Assembly (NCBI GenBank): GCA_965199955.1
Contig: CBDATQ010000001.1
Span: 96,001-160,000 of the forward strand
Length of the DNA stretch: 64,000 nt
Origin: Spirochaetia bacterium
GTDB lineage: Bacteria; Spirochaetota; Spirochaetia; SZUA-6; Bin103
Direction of reading: 5' to 3'
The notes beneath the pieces were generated by a model that was given only the letters and a program-made list of their open reading frames with translations, was not told the origin of the DNA and ran no database searches. Each line of letters opens with the position of its first letter. The stretch's first letter is position 1. A program made the position numbers and the translations under genes. Of the stretch, positions 60,727 through 64,000 are shown piece after piece.

Positions 60727-62601
60727 GTGACACTCAGGAATCAAGGGAAACTGCTGGCGCTGCTGGCGGGCTTCGCGCTCGTCGCCGCCGGGGCATGGGC
60801 CCAGCAGTACAACGAAGCGCCGATGCTTCAGGAGATGGTCGCCTCGGGCGATCTGCCGCCGGTGGGCGAGCGGCTGCCGGAAGATCCGCTGGTGGTCGAG
60901 CCGGTCGACTCGGTCGGCCAGTACGGCGGTACGTGGCGCCGCGCCTTCAAGGGGATCAAGGACTTCCACGCCTTCGGCCGCCTCAACTACGAGCCGATGC
61001 TGCGCTGGCCGCGCGATCCCAAGGACCCGGTCCAGCCCGGCCTGGCCAGGGAGTGGACCTGGTCGGAGGACGGCACGGAGCTGACCCTGCACCTGCGCCG
61101 CGGCCTCAAGTGGTCCGACGGGGCGCCGTTCACGGTCGACGACATCATCTTCTGGTGGGAGGCGATCGAGACCGACACCAACATCACCGCCGCCCCGCAC
61201 GCGGAGTGGGTGATCGACGGCCAGCCGATGGAGCTCACGAAGATCGACGACGTCACAATCACGCTCAAATTCGCCGGCCCCAACGGCCTGGCGGAGACGG
61301 TCGGCCTGGCCTTCCACGGCAACCAATGGCCGCTGGGCTTCGAGCGCTTCGGCTTCTTCGCGCCGCGCCACTACCTGGAGCAGTACCACCCCGCGTACAA
61401 CTCGAACGTGAGCGACTACCAGCAGTTCGAGGACAGGGCGTTCGACTTCAACATCGAACGGCCGGCCATGACCCCTTGGCGGGTCACCGAGTGGGGTGCC
61501 GGCGCCACCGAGCTGGTCGCCGAGCGCAACCCCTACTACTGGAAGGTCGACGTCGACGGTAACCAGCTCCCGTACATCGACCGCCTGCACTTCACGCTGG
61601 TGGAGGACAACGAGGCGGCCAACCTGCTGGCCATCGCGGGCGAGATCGACATGCAGACCCGGCATATGCAGCTCAGCAAGTTCCCGGTCTACCAGCAGAA
61701 CGCCGAGGCGGGCGAGTACCACACGCTGCTGTGGAGCAACGCCGCCGCATCGCATGCGACGTTCTTTCCGAACCAGAGCTACGGCGACCCCAAGTACCGC
61801 GCGCTGATGCAGGAGCTGAAGTTCCGGCAGGCGCTGTCGCTGGCCATCGACCGCGACCTGATCAACGAGGTCGTGCACCTGGGTCTGGGCACGCCGCGCA
61901 CGGAGTCGGTGGTCAACGACTCGGCGCTCTTCCAGCCTGACATCGAGTTCTACTACGCCGAGTACGACCTGGACCGGGCGCGCGCCCTGCTGGACGAGCT
62001 CGGCCTGCCGGCAGGCGACGGCGGAGTCCGCACCTTCGCGGACGGCTCGCCGCTGGAGCTGATCGTCGAAGCGGTCGGCACCGGCAACACCGATGCTCTG
62101 GAGATCGCCGTCGAGGGCTTCAACGACATCGGCCTGAAGACGGTGCTGAAGACCATGACGCGCGACGTGTACTGGCCGCGGGCCGGCGCGAACGAGGTCA
62201 TGATCGCCACCTGGGGCACGGACCGCGGCCTGGTTCCGATGGTCGACCCGATCTACCAGTTCCCGTTCGACGAGCGTTCATGGATGGCTCCGGCATTCGG
62301 CACCTGGTACAAGACGGGCGGCGAGTTGGGCGAGGAGCCTCCGGCCGAGATGAAGGAGTTGATGGACCTGTACGACGAGTACAAGGGGAACGTCGATTCG
62401 TCGGCGCAGCTCGAGATAGCCAAGAAGCTGGTCAGGCTGTCCACCGAGCGGCTGTACACGATCGGCACCGTCGGCATGGCGCCGGGCATCGTCGTCGTCA
62501 AGGACAACTTCAAGAACGTGGTGGAGGAGTTCACGGCCGACTGGCTCATCATGTCCCCGGGGACGCAGGATCCCAGCCACTACTACTTCGACCAGTCGTA
62601 G
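60727..62601 (+). CDS. ABC substrate-binding protein, family 5 (peptide/oligosaccharide)
   Basis: Signal peptide, EAPML...LPPVGERLP, LKWSDG, NPYYWKVD, FRQALSLAIDR. Confidence 0.92.
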   Translation: MTLRNQGKLLALLAGFALVAAGAWAQQYNEAPMLQEMVASGDLPPVGERLPEDPLVVEPVDSVGQYGGTWRRAFKGIKDFHAFGRLNYEPMLRWPRDPKDPVQPGLAREWTWSEDGTELTLHLRRGLKWSDGAPFTVDDIIFWWEAIETDTNITAAPHAEWVIDGQPMELTKIDDVTITLKFAGPNGLAETVGLAFHGNQWPLGFERFGFFAPRHYLEQYHPAYNSNVSDYQQFEDRAFDFNIERPAMTPWRVTEWGAGATELVAERNPYYWKVDVDGNQLPYIDRLHFTLVEDNEAANLLAIAGEIDMQTRHMQLSKFPVYQQNAEAGEYHTLLWSNAAASHATFFPNQSYGDPKYRALMQELKFRQALSLAIDRDLINEVVHLGLGTPRTESVVNDSALFQPDIEFYYAEYDLDRARALLDELGLPAGDGGVRTFADGSPLELIVEAVGTGNTDALEIAVEGFNDIGLKTVLKTMTRDVYWPRAGANEVMIATWGTDRGLVPMVDPIYQFPFDERSWMAPAFGTWYKTGGELGEEPPAEMKELMDLYDEYKGNVDSSAQLEIAKKLVRLSTERLYTIGTVGMAPGIVVVKDNFKNVVEEFTADWLIMSPGTQDPSHYYFDQS

Positions 62602-62623
62602 CGTTCCGCACGCCGGACGTGCT

Positions 62624-62675
62624 GGCGGGATGCGGGCGTGGAAGACACCGTTCTTCCGCGCCCGCCGTACCCGCC
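62624..62675 (+). terminator. Stem-loop between binding-protein and permease genes (stabiliser or attenuator)
   Basis: GCGGGCGTGGAAGA / TCTTCCGCGCCCGC with outer GGCGGG/CCCGCC; no U-tract. Confidence 0.5.
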
Positions 62676-62708
62676 GCTCGACAAAGCTAGTCAGGAGCAC
62701 TCCTTCCC

Positions 62709-63704
62709 ATGCTCGCCTACGTCGTTCAGCGGGTGCTGGCGATCATCCCGCTGCTGCTGTTCGTTTCCATCATCACCTTCGTCATCATCCAGTTGCCGCC
62801 CGGCGACTTCTTCACCTCGCTGCAGGCCGAGATCGCCGAGACCGGCGGCGGCCAGGACGCCCGCACGCTGGAGGCGCTCCGCAAGCAGTACGGGCTGGAC
62901 CGGCCGCAGTACATCCAGTACCTGAAGTGGATCACCGGCTTCCTGCGCGGCGACTTCGGCTGGTCGCTGGAGTGGAACAGCCCGGTCTGGCCGCTGGTCG
63001 CCAGCCGGCTGGGGTACACCGTCCTGCTCGGCTGCATCTCGCTCGCGTTCACGATGCTCATCGCCATACCGATCGGCATCTACACCGCCACCCACCAGTA
63101 CGCGATCAGCGACAACCTGCTGTCGTTCGTGGGCTTCGTGGGGCTGTCGCTGCCCGGATTCCTGCTGGCCCTGGCCTGGATGTTCTTCGGCGCCCTGGTG
63201 CTGCGCATCGACGTCTGGGGAACGCTGTCGCCGGAGATGGAGGACGCCCCGTTCAGCATCGCGAAGGCGGCTGACTACCTCAACCACCTGTGGCCCCCGG
63301 CGGTCATCCTGGGGCTGGCCTCGACGGCGCAGCTGCAGCGCATCATGCGCGGCAGCATGCTCGACGTGTTCGGGCAACAGTTCATCACCACCGCCCGCGC
63401 CAAGGGCCTGAAGGAGCGCAAGGTCATCAACAAGTACGGGGTGCGGGTGGCGATCAATCCGCTCATCAGCGTGCTGGCGCTGGAGATCCCGAAGATGATC
63501 TCGGAATCGGCGCTGATCGGCATCGTCATGTCGCTGCCGACGACCGGGCCGCTGTTCCTGCGCGCCCTGCGCACCCAGGACATGTACCTTGCCGGCACCT
63601 TCCTGCTGTTCATGACCCTGCTGCTGATGGTGTCCAACCTGATCGCCGACATCGTGCTGGCCCTGGTCGACCCGCGTATCGTCTACGAGCGCGATTCGGA
63701 ATGA
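62709..63704 (+). CDS. ABC permease (OppB/DppB-like)
   Basis: QLPPGD, GDFG, TARAKGL EAA loop. Confidence 0.93.
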   Translation: MLAYVVQRVLAIIPLLLFVSIITFVIIQLPPGDFFTSLQAEIAETGGGQDARTLEALRKQYGLDRPQYIQYLKWITGFLRGDFGWSLEWNSPVWPLVASRLGYTVLLGCISLAFTMLIAIPIGIYTATHQYAISDNLLSFVGFVGLSLPGFLLALAWMFFGALVLRIDVWGTLSPEMEDAPFSIAKAADYLNHLWPPAVILGLASTAQLQRIMRGSMLDVFGQQFITTARAKGLKERKVINKYGVRVAINPLISVLALEIPKMISESALIGIVMSLPTTGPLFLRALRTQDMYLAGTFLLFMTLLLMVSNLIADIVLALVDPRIVYERDSE

Positions 63705-64000
63705 CCGACCTGGCATCCAGGTCGGCGGAGCTCTTCAAGCTCTACGAAGAGCTGGAGGACCGGGGCGACGCGGAGGATGCCGCCGATGTGGCGCCCCGCG
63801 CCGCCGGCGCGCGCTACGCGGCTTCGCAGTGGCGGCTGATGTGGCGGAAGTTCATCCGCAACCGCGCCGCCATCGCCGGCGGCATCGTCATCGCCTGCTT
63901 CTACCTGGTCGCGCTGTTCGGCAACTTCGTCTCCCCCTACGCGTTGGATACCCGGCACCGGAATTACATCTACATGCCGCCGCAGCGCATCCACTTCTTT
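63701..64000 (+). CDS. ABC permease (OppC/DppC-like), partial at window edge
   Basis: SQWRLMWRKFIRNRAAIAG...SPY; ATGA overlap with the upstream permease. Confidence 0.85.
   Translation, partial: MTDLASRSAELFKLYEELEDRGDAEDAADVAPRAAGARYAASQWRLMWRKFIRNRAAIAGGIVIACFYLVALFGNFVSPYALDTRHRNYIYMPPQRIHFF

Overview
High-GC bacterial chromosome segment that almost certainly spans the replication origin. Core gene run on the minus strand: gyrB-gyrA-parS-parA-parB-dnaA-oriC-dnaN-recF-dciA-rpmH-rnpA-yidD-yidC-jag. On the plus strand there is a tRNA cluster (all four Ser isoacceptors plus Arg-GCG) followed by ffs-dnaX-ybaB-recR, and gatCAB with an archaeal-type non-discriminating AspRS. The window also holds ileS (type 2), argS, archaeal-type pheST, nadE, methylcitrate-cycle genes, fdhA and peptide-type ABC transporters. 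L34 ending in TVSDERKPY, type-2 IleRS, archaeal-type PheRS, tRNA-Arg(GCG) and the DAHPS-PDT fusion together point to a high-GC Spirochaetota member (inference). Most interesting signals: (1) a phenylalanine locus where a DAHP synthase-prephenate dehydratase fusion lacks two of four metal ligands and is divergent from an HD protein with Asp>Asn metal ligands that precedes pheST; (2) a PTS-EIIA / diadenylate cyclase fusion; (3) a 127-bp IS630-like MITE inserted in the recF stop codon; (4) a nested, chimeric toxin-antitoxin locus; (5) many apparent leaderless transcripts; (6) a divergent sigma-factor-like ORF and several decayed gene remnants. All calls come from reading the sequence and recalled motifs; no database searches were run.
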